Notes: generated from the letters alone by a model not told the origin. Positions 1 through 11,535 are shown, counted from the stretch's first letter. The stretch: DNA of 64,000 nucleotides from Roseibacillus sp. (GCA_965242925.1 CBDEUM010000013.1:128001-192000), one strand, 5' to 3'. Numbers and translations: made by a program.

Positions 1-736
1 TACGCCTGTTCACCCACTCTTCGGCCGCAATCTGGTGATCTCCCTTCGGATTGGCTTCGATCTCCAGCCACTGGCGCAGGGCCGACGATCCATTCTCGGG
101 AAAACGGTGCCCCAGTCCATGCCAGGTCTCGAACGTGGTCCGTGCCCCCAACGGCCGATAGTGAACGAGGGCCCGCAATGCGAAGGGATAGGTCTCATCC
201 TGCCGCCCGACCCCGACAAAGAGGGACTTGGGGCCGCGGAACTTCGCGGGCTTCCTGATGAGAAACTGGTGACCCGCTCCCAGGATGACGGCCCCGGCCA
301 GCCCGGGATCGTGCTGCAGGAGAAACCCTGCCATCCAACCTCCCTTGCTGAAACCCGCCACGTAGCAGCGCCTGGGATCGAGGTTCCACTTGGCCGCAAG
401 ATGCCGCCGGGTGGAGGAAAAAATGAGGGACTCCTTCTCGATGTATTCCGCAGTGGCCGGCAGGTTTCCTTCCTGCGTGTAGGTCATGCCCACCACGATC
501 CAGTCCTGGTCCTGCGTATGAGCCTGGATCAGCTCGGTGGTGGGTCGGCCCCCTGTCCCGTGATAGTAGAAGATCGCAGGCCATTTGCGGTCCGGACTGT
601 AGTTCCCGGGAAGGACCACCTGCACGCGTTCCGCCAGCTGGGGAAAACCCAGTTCGAGACGCTTGGGCGCGCTGTGCACCATCCCGACAGTGAGGGACAG
701 GGCAGGGAAGAGCGCCAGAGAGGCCTTGATCCGCAT
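1..736 (-). CDS. Secreted alpha/beta-hydrolase (esterase-like), runs off the left edge
   Basis: Not in the ORF track; manually translated from ATG at 736: MRIKASLALFPALSL... (signal-like), KWPAIFYYHGTGG, nucleophile elbow AGFSKGG, D in GRQDE, H in GLGHRFP. Confidence 0.8.
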   Translation of the reverse strand, partial: MRIKASLALFPALSLTVGMVHSAPKRLELGFPQLAERVQVVLPGNYSPDRKWPAIFYYHGTGGRPTTELIQAHTQDQDWIVVGMTYTQEGNLPATAEYIEKESLIFSSTRRHLAAKWNLDPRRCYVAGFSKGGWMAGFLLQHDPGLAGAVILGAGHQFLIRKPAKFRGPKSLFVGVGRQDETYPFALRALVHYRPLGARTTFETWHGLGHRFPENGSSALRQWLEIEANPKGDHQIAAEEWVNRR

Positions 737-870
737 GGCTTGAGCGAAAGGAGAGAAGAGAATCACCGATTCTAGATCCACCCCGCCCTGGAGCAACGTT
801 CATCTTTCCAGCCACCGGGCGGCACCCGGCAGGGATGGTGATTGTTCCATTCCCGTGCTATGCATCCCCC

Positions 871-1290
871 GTGCTTGAGGTCGTCTGTGCCATCATCCTT
901 CGTGACCACGAGATCCTGCTCTGCCAACGGGCTCCCGGACAGCATCTGGCCGGACACTGGGAATTCCCCGGCGGCAAGGTGGAAGAGGGTGAGGAAGCGG
1001 CCGCCGCCCTGCAGCGGGAGATCCGCGAGGAACTCGATTGCACGGTCGAGGTCGGAGAGGCGCTCCCCCCCATTGAACACCACTACCCCGCTCTCTCCCT
1101 GCGCCTGCAGGCCTTCCCCTGTCGCCTCGTCCCGTCATCCCCGGAACCGCAGGCCCTGGATCATGCTGCCATCCGGTGGATGCCCCTGCAGGAAGTGGAG
1201 AGCCTTTCGCTGGCAGGAGCGGACTACAGGCTCTGGGTCAAGGCGCGTGAGATCATTGAGGGGGAAATCCAACGGTCAGGCTCCGGGTAA
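871..1290 (+). CDS. mutT: MutT-type NUDIX hydrolase ((d)NTP pyrophosphohydrolase)
   Basis: Nudix box GGKVEEGEEAAAALQREIREE preceded by WEFP; start probably GTG at 871. Confidence 0.85.
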   Translation: MLEVVCAIILRDHEILLCQRAPGQHLAGHWEFPGGKVEEGEEAAAALQREIREELDCTVEVGEALPPIEHHYPALSLRLQAFPCRLVPSSPEPQALDHAAIRWMPLQEVESLSLAGADYRLWVKAREIIEGEIQRSGSG

Positions 1291-1429
1291 TCCCAAACCT
1301 GCGATCCTCGGACCCACGGAGATTACTGCTCTCCCTTCCCTCCACCACATGCCGTTCGCTACCCAAGAAGAAGGCCGGTGAGCGAACTCACCGGCCTTGC
1401 TGCTGAAATTATTTCTTGAATCTACTCGG

Positions 1430-2179
1430 TTAGCGACGGCGCCGGAAGAGAACGAAAAGTCCTCCAAGGCTCAGAAGCAGGGAGCTCGGCTCCGGAACGA
1501 GGAGCGATCCCCAGTCGTTGCCATTGCCATCGCTGTCGAAGACCGCTAGGCCAGCACTGGCGCCGAAACCAGGAGTGTAACCGATACCACCGAAGTCACC
1601 AGCACCGCCATTGCTTCCGGCGGCATTGTATCCGAAACCGATGTCAGCCGCGGACTGGGCGCCACCACCGTCTTCCGTGAAGACGACATGGGCGTTAAAC
1701 CAACCACCTCCACCGAAGGCGTAGACAGCGTTGCTGCGCTGGTTCCAACCGGTGTTCTGGTGGGTAGCCCCGGCATCACCACGTGCGGTGAGGTCAGTGT
1801 TGCTCGTGATCGGAGTGATGTTGACCTGAACGCGGTCATCATAGTTCTCAGTGAAGGAGAACGATCCGTCGCTATCGTAAAATTGGAAAGTGACAACGAT
1901 GTCGTGGTGGTCACCGCTCAAGTCGATGACACCAGCACCAGGCTCGCGATCGATGTCGATACCGGCGTCGGTCAGGACACCACCAACACCGCCGGCATCC
2001 ACTGTAGCTACTCCGGTAGCAATCACAGAGAGGTCGTTAGAGGGCGTCTCGCCAGTGAAGTCAGCTCCGGGGAGATTATTGGTCCGAAGGTAGAGCGCTT
2101 GATTGGGCGTCCAGATTCCAGCACCAAGAGCAGATGCCAGAGAAAGAGGAACGAGGGGAAGCAGGGCTTTCAGTTTCAT
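1430..2179 (-). CDS. PEP-CTERM sorting domain protein
   Basis: Signal peptide MKLKALLPLVPL; C-terminal VPEPSSLLLSLGGLFVLFRRRR. Confidence 0.9.
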   Translation of the reverse strand: MKLKALLPLVPLSLASALGAGIWTPNQALYLRTNNLPGADFTGETPSNDLSVIATGVATVDAGGVGGVLTDAGIDIDREPGAGVIDLSGDHHDIVVTFQFYDSDGSFSFTENYDDRVQVNITPITSNTDLTARGDAGATHQNTGWNQRSNAVYAFGGGGWFNAHVVFTEDGGGAQSAADIGFGYNAAGSNGGAGDFGGIGYTPGFGASAGLAVFDSDGNGNDWGSLLVPEPSSLLLSLGGLFVLFRRRR

Positions 2180-2270
2180 TTCTATTTTTCGTAGTAGGTT
2201 TTTGAAATAAAAGGCGTTGTGACCTTTCAGCGGTACCATTCCACACCCTTCCCGGGGATTAGTTAAGAAC

Positions 2271-2292
2271 TAAATGACGAAAATTTCATTTA
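2271..2292. promoter_or_regulatory. Inverted repeat, candidate operator in AT-rich divergent intergenic region
   Basis: TAAATGA-N8-TCATTTA between divergently oriented genes. Confidence 0.35.
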
Positions 2293-2508
2293 TTTTGGTA
2301 ACAACAATTATCCCTTGGGATTAGTAGATTATCCATCAAATCCAGAGGACTGAAATCCCCGGCTCCGGGACCGTGACCCAGGGGACGTAGATAAGGCTCC
2401 GCAGCCACTGATTCCCAACTGCACCCACCCGGGTTTTCCCCTCAGAAACAGGCCTCATACGAACTTTTTCACATTGCCAAGCCCTCGCTTGTCCGAGATC
2501 GTTCCCCC

Positions 2509-5500
2509 ATGGCGCAAGCAAGACGAAAGGGCATTCGGAACGAGTTATTCCGGCGTGCCATCCGAACCGCAGGTTCTGCCTTCCTCCTTACCATGATGGG
2601 CTGTTCGGACGATTCTGCTGAAAAACACCCACCAGACGAGGCGGATTCACCTGCCGCGGCAGAAAATACGCCCTTTACCTTCAAGGTCCAGAGCGACCGG
2701 GAGCGAGAGGAGCTCGCCCAGCGCGAAAAAGAGTTCGATCCCAGCAACGATGGCTGGGAGAGCGAGGCCTTCCATGGGGAGATCACCTCCCAGCTCAAGT
2801 TGCTGGCAGAATCCCTGTCGTTGGACGAGCCCCCCGGGATTCTCAGCCCGGATGCGGCCTCCTCGATCCTGCGACCCGCCAATCTGGTGCCTGTATTCCA
2901 GCGCCACGGCATGAATATCCTGCGTGCCCCCTCCCCGGCCGACTCTCCTGCCGGCCCCCTCGCGGATCAGCTGAAGGCCCTCGCTGCCTCTCTCCACCGC
3001 GAGGGAGCCGATGTCTCGGTCCGGTTCAAGCAATTCCGCGTCCGTCCCCCGGCAGAGGGTGGAGAGAGTCCCTCAAGCACCGTGCTCTACAAGGCCAGGG
3101 CCTCCAGCCCGTCCGGGGAACGCGTCCAGAACGCCACCTGGGGCATCGAGTGGGTCTACTCCCCTGCCACCTCCACCTACTTGATCAAGACCGTCCGCCC
3201 GAGCGACTTCGAGGAGATCGAGCTGCCGGCTTCTCCGGAGATCGCCACCACCGAGGACACCCATGCGCTCTTCCGGGACCGCACCGGTGATCTCATCGAT
3301 CGCCTCCCGCGGGGCGACTTCATTCACTGGGGTGCCAACGAACTCTCCGTCCGCGGCCTCTACCAGAATGGACGCGCCCTCATTGGACTCGCGGTAGCCG
3401 ACGCCAACGGGGACGGAATCGACGACGTCTTCGCTCCGCAATCCCGAGATCTTCCCAACCTGTTCTTCCTCTCCCAGCCCGATGGAAGTCTCCGGGAAGT
3501 GGCGGCCCGGTCAGGGCTCGACTGGCTGGACGAGACCACTGTCTCGCTCTTCGCCGACTTCGACAACGACGGCGACCAGGACCTCGTCGCGGCAACCCGC
3601 CAGCGTCTTGCCTTTCACGAGAATACCGATGGATCCGGCCTGAATTTCAAGCGGATCCTGGAGCTGCCCCAGAGCGACACCTCCTCCCTCGCAGCTGCCG
3701 ACTATGATGGCGACGGGCTCCTCGATCTTTTCGTGTGCAATTACCTGAGCAGCGTGGGGAATGAGGCGGTCACTCTCTCCGATGCGATCTACAACGCCCT
3801 CGATGGTGGTTCGAACCTGCTCTACCGCAATGAAGGTTCGCTGAAGTTTACCGACGTTACGGAAGCAGTGGGTATGCACGTGGATGCAACCCGGTTGAGC
3901 CTGGCGGCCTCCTGGGAAGATTTCGACAACGACGGGGATGTCGACCTCTACGTGGCCAACGACTTTGGACCGAACTGTCTCTACCGCAACGACAAGGGCA
4001 AGTTCACCCAGATCGCCAAGGAGGTGGGGGCGGACGATCCTTCCTTCGGAATGTCGATCACCTGGGGTGATATCAACCGTGACGGACTGATGGACGCCTG
4101 CATCTCCAACATGTTCTCCGCAGCCGGGAACCGCGTGACCGCCCAGCCCAAGTTCGAACAGGATCTCACCGAGGGACTGGATGCCAAGCGCATCGCCTAC
4201 CTCGCACGTGGCAACACCCTCCTCGTCAACCAGGGTGGAAAACTCTTCCAGGAACGCAGTGCCCAGGCCGGTGTGGTCAACACCCAGTGGACCTGGGGAA
4301 CGCTTTTCGGCGACTTCGACAACAGTGGCGATCTCGACATGATGGCCATGAACGGCTACATCACCGGACCGGTGGTCGATGACTTGTGAAGTTTTTACTG
4401 GCGGCAGGTCCTGCCGGAATCAGGAACAAAGAGTCCCTCGCGCGATCAACTTGAAATCTACCTGCGGGAGGGGCGTTCCCTCAGCGGCCGGGAGCGCAAC
4501 GCCCTCTTCTTCAATACCGGCACCGGAAACAGACGCTTTGCGGACGTGTCATCGATCTCCGGGATCGACCAGGACGGCGATGGGCGCGGCCTCTGCCTCA
4601 CGGACTGGGATGCCGACGGCGACCTCGACGCCTGGGTAAGCAACCGGACGGCCCCCACCATACAGGTCTTCGAAAACCGCTGGGGTTCCCAGGCGGGAGA
4701 TTTCATCGCCCTCAACCTGCAGGGCACCAAGGCTAACCGCGATGCCGCCGGGGCACGCGTGACACTGCTGCTCAAGGGACAGGAACAGGCCCCTCTCACC
4801 CGCACCGTGCATCTCGGGGAAGGGTTCCAGAGCCAGTCCTCCAAGCGCCTGCACTTCGGCCTTGGAAAGAACGCCACGATTTCCTCCGTGACCGTGCGCT
4901 GGCCGGGACCGTCCCATGCCACCGAGACGTTCTCAGGCGTGGAGATCAACAAATTCCACCTCCTGGTGGAGGGCTCCGGCCAGGCCAGGGTCCTGCAACC
5001 CCGGGGAGCCAAGTTCGTGACTCCCGAGAATGCGGTTGTGAAGCCGGAGGAACGGATCAAAAGGCCGGAGAGCAGCAACAGCATCCTGCTCCCCACCCGT
5101 CAGCTCTTCCCCAAACTCCACTATCGTGATCTTGCCACCGGCAAGACCATGATCGGAGCCACTTCCGGCAAACCCACCCTCCTTCTTCTCTGGCACCCGT
5201 CCTGCGCCATGTGTTTCGAGGAACTGTCCATGTTCACCGGGGAAGCCGACAAGATTCGCCGCCTCGGCATTGAGATCCTGGCCACCACGGCCGAACCGGC
5301 GGAGGATGAGGATCCCGATGATGCCGCCAGCATCATCTCCAAGACCGGCTTCCCCTTCACCGTCGGCTTCACCGCCGGGGAAGTGGTCGAACGCATGCTG
5401 GTACTTCACCGTCACCTCTTCTACAGTCCCTACCATCTGAGTGTCCCCACCTCCTTTCTCCTCGACAAGGATGGGCGCATGGCTGCGATCTACCGGGGTG

Positions 5501-6276
5501 CAATCGATCTCAAAGAGTTAGAGGAGCACCTCAAGGCTCTCGCCATCCCCGACAAAGAACTCCTCTCCCGGATCCGCCCCTTCGAGGGTAGCCGGTTCGA
5601 ACCAGCCATGGGGCCGCGGCCCTCGGTCCTCATTAAGACTTACGTCGAAAACCAGATGCCCGACGAAGCCGAGCGCGTCTTCATCGCAAGCATCGAGAAC
5701 GAGTCGATCAGGGACCAGAGCAATGAGATCATGGCCACCCTGGGGCAGAGTTACTTCCTGCAGAAAAAGTTTGCCGAGGCCAAGCCGCTCTTCGAGCAGG
5801 TGGTGAAGCGTGATCCCAGGGACGCCAAGTCCCGTAACACCCTCGCCGCCATCTGCCTGAAGGACGGAAACATGGTCGAGGCCAAGCGTCTGTGGCGGGA
5901 GGCCTCTGACCTCGAGGAGGATTTCTCAGCTCCCCGTTTCAATCTCGGCAAGCAACTCATGAAGGAGCAGCGGACTGCGGAGGCCATGATCCTCTTCCTC
6001 GAATACTGGGTCCTCGAGCCCGATTCCCCGGACGCCCACAATTACCTCTCCATGGGCTACCTCCGTGGTCGTGAGTTCGCCAAGGCCGAGATGCACCTCA
6101 AGCGCCTCATCGAACTGCGCCCCGACGATGGCATCGCCTACACCAACCTGGCCAAGGTCTACCTCGCCCTCCGCAATGTCGCCGCCGCCCGGGACATCAT
6201 CACCCGCGGGCTCCAGATCGAGGGGATCGACCCGCGCAGTCGGCAGGCCCTCCAGCAGTTGAGCGAACGTCTGTGA
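2509..6276 (+). CDS. FG-GAP repeat / ASPIC-UnbV / thioredoxin-like / TPR lipoprotein, about 1255 aa, read through an in-frame TGA at 4387-4389 (candidate selenocysteine)
   Basis: Lipobox MMGC; repeated DxDxDGxxD motifs; ORFs 2509-4389 and 4546-6276 are in the same frame with 52 open codons between them encoding SFYWRQV...SLSGRERN; then GEGFQSQSSKRLHFGLG (ASPIC/UnbV), WHPSCAMC (CxxC), C-terminal TPRs. Confidence 0.8.
4402..4416 (+). promoter_or_regulatory. Candidate SECIS hairpin 1
   Basis: Perfect stem CGGCAG-GTC-CTGCCG beginning 12 nt after the in-frame TGA. Confidence 0.65.
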
Positions 6277-6299
6277 CCATCGGCCCTTCCGGTCGGAAT

Positions 6300-6337
6300 G
6301 GCGGTGGAGTCCTCAGGGCTCCACCACCTTTTTGTTT
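6300..6337 (+). terminator. Rho-independent terminator
   Basis: GGCGGTGGAGTCC-TCA-GGGCTCCACCACC followed by TTTTTGTTT, just after the stop at 6276. Confidence 0.75.
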
Positions 6338-6584
6338 CCGGGGCGCGGGTTCACAGCTTCATGCCGGAGAGATTGATCCCGCTCTGTTCCCACCAGCGGA
6401 TGTCATCCGCTCAGGCTGACACTTCCATCAGATGGAATATCAAACGATACGATATTCAATTCCATTGAACCCTTTTAAAGTAATTCATACATACTACCGG
6501 AATCTAGGTTGTTCGCTGGTTCCCAATCCCCCACCGGGAATCCCAGCAGCACAAAAACTCCAATCAAAACCCACCCACATCTCT

Positions 6585-9500
6585 ATGAAGCTGCACCTTC
6601 GCTTATTCCCCACGCTGCTCTGTGCGGCCCTTATCTCTCCGCTTCTGCTCGCGCAGCACACCCCCGAGAGTCTTCTCCTCCGCCGCACGGACGGTCTCAA
6701 CGTCGGCGGCGACGACTTCACCGGCGCCCTGCCCGAGAACGCCGACCAGGCTGCTCCCTTCGGCGAACTGGACGATCCCAATTCCAGTCTCATTACCGCC
6801 CTTGATGTCGACCTCGAACCCGGAAACGGGGGCATCGATCTCCTTGGTGACAACTACGATCTCGCCTTCATCTTCCAGCTCTACGATGCCGACGGCGTCT
6901 TCGCCTTCACCGAGAACTTCGACGACCGCGTCTTCTCCTTCACCGAAAACTCAAGATCGTGGCTACTCCGATCGGCGGCTCTGACAACCTGACCGCCACC
7001 GGGGCACCCCTCCAGCACAGCGATCTGGGCTGGGACACCCGCACCTACGCCAACTTCGACTTTTCTGCCGAGGGCGGCGGCGGCTGGTTCAACGTTGATA
7101 TCTGGCTCACCGAGGACGGGGGCGGTGCCCAGTCCGCCGCTGACATCGGCTTCGGTTACTTCAATGGCACTTCTTCCAACACCGCCGACTTCGGCGGCAT
7201 CGGATATGCCAGCACCTTGGGAATCAGCAGCGGGGCTCCCGCGGTCTTTGACACCGACGCCAACGGCCAGAGCTGGGGCGCTTACCTCGCCGGCTTCGAT
7301 CCCAATCTCGACAGCGACGGCGATAGCATCCCTGACGGCTACGAGTTGCAGTATTTCCCCGGGGACCTGAGCCAGCTTGGACCCGGCGACTTCGACGGCG
7401 ATGGAGTGAGCGATCCCGACGAGTACATCGACGGGACCGATCCCACTGTAGCGGACGCCGACAATGACGGCTCCAACGACGGCCAGGAAAAGGCTGCCGG
7501 CACCGATCCCTCCGATCCCGACAGCGACGGCGACGGCCTGCTTGACGGGGCGGAAACTGGCACCGGTGTATTCGTTGACGCCAACAACACCGGCACCGAT
7601 CCGCTCGATTTCGACAGTGACGACGATTCGATCGGAGACGGGACCGAGGTTGCTGCCGGATTCGATCCCAATGACCCTGCCTCCCATCCGAACGTAAGCA
7701 CAGCCAACCACAGATCGGAAAGGGTTCTCTACCGCCGGACGGACAACCTCCCCGGAGCGGACTTCACCGGGGCCCTGCCAGAGAACATTGACCAGGCCGC
7801 CCCCTTCGGAGAACCGGAGGACCCGGACTCTTTCCTCCTCGAGGCGATCAATGTGGACCAGGAGCCAGGGAGTGGGGGCGTTGACCTCACCGGCGACAAC
7901 CACGACCTCGCCTTCATCTTCCAGCTCTATGACGCCGACGGCGTCTTTGCCTTCACCGAGAATTATGACGACCGCGTCAAGATCGTGACCACCCCGATTA
8001 GCAGTTCCACCAACCTCGAAGCCAGCGGAGCAGCGGTCCAGCACACCGATGTGGGCTGGAACACCCGCAGTTTCGCCAACTTCGACTTCGGGGAAGGGGG
8101 CTGGTTCAACGTCGATATCTGGTTCAGCGAGGACGGAGGCGGCGCCCAGTCCGCGGCCGACATCGGCTTCGGCTACTACAACGACTCCTCGACCAATACC
8201 ACCGACTTCGGCGGCATCGGCTATGCCAGCACCTTCGGAGTAAGCAGCGGGGCCCCCGCGGCCTTTGACACCGACGGCAATGGCCAGAGCTGGGGTGTCT
8301 ACCTCGACAGCTTTGATCCCGAAATCGACACCGACGGCGACAGCATCCCCGACGGGTACGAGTTACAGTTGTTCCCCGGGGACCTGACCCAACTCGGATC
8401 CGGCGACTTCGATGGCGACGGGCTCAACGACCTGGAGGAATACAGTGGAGGGACCGATCCCACCGACACCGACACCGATGGTGACGGCCTGCTGGACAAC
8501 GTGGAAACCGGGAGCGGCACCTTTGTGGACTCCAACGACACCGGCACCGATCCTCGCTATGCCGACACCGATGGAGACGGCCTGAGCGACGGTGCGGAGA
8601 GCAACAGCGGCACTTTCGTCGATGCCAACGACACCGGCACGAATCCTCTGGAGACGGATTCCGACAGCGACGGCTGCCCTGACGGCGTGGAAGTTGCCCT
8701 GGGCGGGGATCGGGATCCCAACGGCGCGGACGGCCCGGGAGCCAATTCCACCTCCTATGTGCAGCCCTTCGACGGCTTCCCCAACGGTACCACCGACCTG
8801 TGCGATGGCAGCCAGATCGGAAGCAACAACGGCCCGGCCTCCATCCAGAATGACCAGCTCCGCCTGTCCCAGGATGGGACTGGAAGCACTCACTCGTCAT
8901 TCCGGATCCCGGCCCTCAACGGCTCCGCTGACGCCTGGACCATGACCTTCGACTACACCATCACCGCCGGTGGGGACCCGGCAGATGGCTTCGCCATTTC
9001 CTACGGGGCCATCCCCCCACTCACCAACCCCACCGGGGCCGCCACTGACGATGCCAACGGCGCGGGCGAGGAAGCCTGGAGCACCGCCATCCCGTGGCTC
9101 TCGGTGGAGGTCGATACCTATGACAACGGAGCAGGAGAAGGGGGCGTCAATGTGGCAACCAACACCACCGCCCACCCGGATCTGACCTTCATCCCCGGTC
9201 GGCCCATTGCCAGCGGAGAAACGCGAACCGGGACCGTGACGATCGCCTGGGACGGCAATGCCGGAACCCTCAGCGCCAACATCACCGGCCTGGTCAACCC
9301 GGTTGAGATCGTGGACCTGTCCATTCCGGACTTCACCGCCGACGACTCCTACATCTGGGCCATCAATGCCCGGACCGGGGGAGCGCACGAAACCGTCCTG
9401 ATCGACAACATGTCCGTCTCCACCACCACCACTGACGTCCACAACTTCGTGGTCTCCAATGATGACAGCGGGGCTAACCTCGACTTTGAGTGGAACAGCT

Positions 9501-10183
9501 TCGCTTCCGAAGTCTACACCGTGGTGAGCTCCACCGATCCGGCAGCGGACGGCCCACCCGAGACCTGGACCCCCGTGGCCGGACTGCAGAACCTGGGTGC
9601 CACCGTGCCGTCCAACACACACAGCATCCCGAATCCAGGCGATCCGCTGCGTATCTACCGTCTCCTGGCCGGGCCGGTTCCGGCCCTCTTCTCCGACGAC
9701 TTCGAGTCGGGAGCCGGAGACTGGACCGCCCTGGTCAATGATCCCGGTGGCAACACCCAGTGGGAGTTGGGCGCCCCGGTCGGTTCCACCGGGCCGCTTA
9801 CTGGCGCGGAGGATTCCGCCACCGCCTGGTGCACCAACCTGGGCGATTACGGAACCGACTCCGACATTTCCCTTCGCTCACCTGCCATTGACCTGACTGG
9901 TGTGCCCGGAGCGGTCCTGAGCTTTGAGGCCTTCCGGGATGCGGATGGATTCGGCGACACTGCCGAGGTGCGCTTCCTACGCGCCGCCGACCAGGTGCCG
10001 CTCGGGGCATCCGTTGCCCTCGACATGACCGCCTTCGACTCCGACTTTGAAACGATCGAGATTCCGGTCGCCGCCGCAGCCATCGGGGAAACCGTCATCA
10101 TCGAGTTCAACTTCGTCAGTGACAGTAGCGCAGACGCCTTCAGCGGTCTCACCATTGACAACGTCAGCGTGAGTGCCAACTAG
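6585..10183 (+). CDS. Large secreted adhesin-like protein: two copies of an uncharacterised beta-rich domain, TSP3-like Ca-binding DxDGDG repeats, L-type lectin-like domain, C-terminal MAM-like domain; frameshifted by a 20-nt insertion at 6931-6950
   Basis: Signal peptide MKLHLRLFPTLLCAALI; removing 6931-6950 joins ORF 6432-6992 to ORF 6959-10183 (DDRVKIVATP, compare DDRVKIVTTP in copy 2); many DSDGDG repeats; PADGFAISY...VEVDTYDN lectin-like motifs. Confidence 0.75.
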
Positions 10184-10212
10184 GCACCCGCCCAAGTGCA
10201 ACTCTCACCCTG

Positions 10213-10250
10213 AGGCGGTGGAGCCATCCGGCTTCACCGCCTTTTCTTTT
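10213..10250 (+). terminator. Rho-independent terminator
   Basis: AGGCGGTGGAGCC-ATCC-GGCTTCACCGCCT followed by TTTCTTTT. Confidence 0.8.
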
Positions 10251-10293
10251 CCAGTCCCACGCCCCGGATTGGCGAATCCCGGGATGGTCCCGC

Positions 10294-11499
10294 TCAACCC
10301 TCCCTTTCCCGCGGCAGGCGCGCAGTCAGGACCACCGCCGCGCACACAAACCCGGCACTCGCCCACAGACAACCCGACAATCCCGCCCACAGGTAGAGCA
10401 AACCGGAAAGCAGCGTTCCCACCAGACGCCCCCCGGCATTGGCCATGTAGTAAAACCCCACATTGAGGGCCACCTTGTCGGAATCCGTATAGGCCAGGAT
10501 CAGGTGGGAGTGCACTGCCGAGTTCACCGCGAAGACGACTCCAAACACCGCAAGACCAACCAGCACCATCACCACCACCTGAAAGTCCAACTGCACTGCC
10601 AGGGCCAGGGCTCCCGTCACCAGGGCCAGCATCCCCACCCACCCCAGGGCGGCCCGCTCCCCGCCACGCTTCAGCAAGCCCGGAGTAGCCGCCTGGATCA
10701 ACCCGTAACCGATGACCCACGCCGCCATGAACCCGCCCACCGCGGCAAAACTCCATCCCAGCCTCTCCTTGAGGAAGACCGGCAGCCCCACCACAAACCA
10801 GATATCACGCGAACCGAAGAGAAAGAATCGTGCCAGGGAGAGGAGGTTGATTTCCCGGCTCTTGGAAAACAACTGGGTGAACTTCACCTTCTCCTTCGAC
10901 CTGCCCAGATCCTGCCGCAGACTCACCATCCCTCCCACCAGCAACAGGAGGAGGCCACCCGCCATCACCCAAAGGGCCATCACGAACCCAAGCCACTCCA
11001 GGAGAACACCTCCGGCGAGGAAGCCCACCCCTTTCAGGGCGTTCTTCGATCCGGTCAGAACGGCCACCCACTTAAAGAGGGCCCGTCCCGCTGTGGCCTC
11101 TCCTTCTCCCTCGGGAACAAGTAACTTGACCGCACTCTTCGCGCTCATCTTGGTCAAGTCCTTCGCCACCCCGGAAAGCGCCTGGGCCGCCATCACGTAG
11201 CCCACCGAAAAAAGCACCACCCAGTGCTGCTGCACCAGCGAAAGGGCCACCAGGGCCACGATCTGTGCACCCAACCCGGCAAAGAGAGTCACCTTCAACC
11301 CCACCCTCGACCCGATCCAGCCGCCCAGGAGATTGGTCACCAGTCCACAGAATTCATAAAGCAGGAACAGGAAGGCCAACTGGACCGGCGAGTAACCCAG
11401 GGCATGAAAGTGCAGCAGGACCAGCATGCGCAACGCGCCATCGGTCAGGGTGAATCCCCAATAGGACGCCGTGACGATCGTGTAATTGCGTATATCCAT
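10294..11499 (-). CDS. arsJ: Organoarsenical (1-arseno-3-phosphoglycerate) efflux MFS transporter
   Basis: YWGFTLTDGALRMLVLLHFH, SGVAKDLTKMSAKSAVK, LTGSKNALKG, GFYYMANAGGRL; directly downstream of gapdh. Confidence 0.92.
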   Translation of the reverse strand: MDIRNYTIVTASYWGFTLTDGALRMLVLLHFHALGYSPVQLAFLFLLYEFCGLVTNLLGGWIGSRVGLKVTLFAGLGAQIVALVALSLVQQHWVVLFSVGYVMAAQALSGVAKDLTKMSAKSAVKLLVPEGEGEATAGRALFKWVAVLTGSKNALKGVGFLAGGVLLEWLGFVMALWVMAGGLLLLLVGGMVSLRQDLGRSKEKVKFTQLFSKSREINLLSLARFFLFGSRDIWFVVGLPVFLKERLGWSFAAVGGFMAAWVIGYGLIQAATPGLLKRGGERAALGWVGMLALVTGALALAVQLDFQVVVMVLVGLAVFGVVFAVNSAVHSHLILAYTDSDKVALNVGFYYMANAGGRLVGTLLSGLLYLWAGLSGCLWASAGFVCAAVVLTARLPREREG

Positions 11500-11535
11500 C
11501 CTCCCGTAGCGTGTTCGAAATGTGCTGATCCCACG

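Noticed and set aside
10..815. Track ORFs 10-399, 35-775 and 195-815
   Set aside because: The real gene is the edge-truncated alpha/beta-hydrolase in another minus-strand frame starting at 736.
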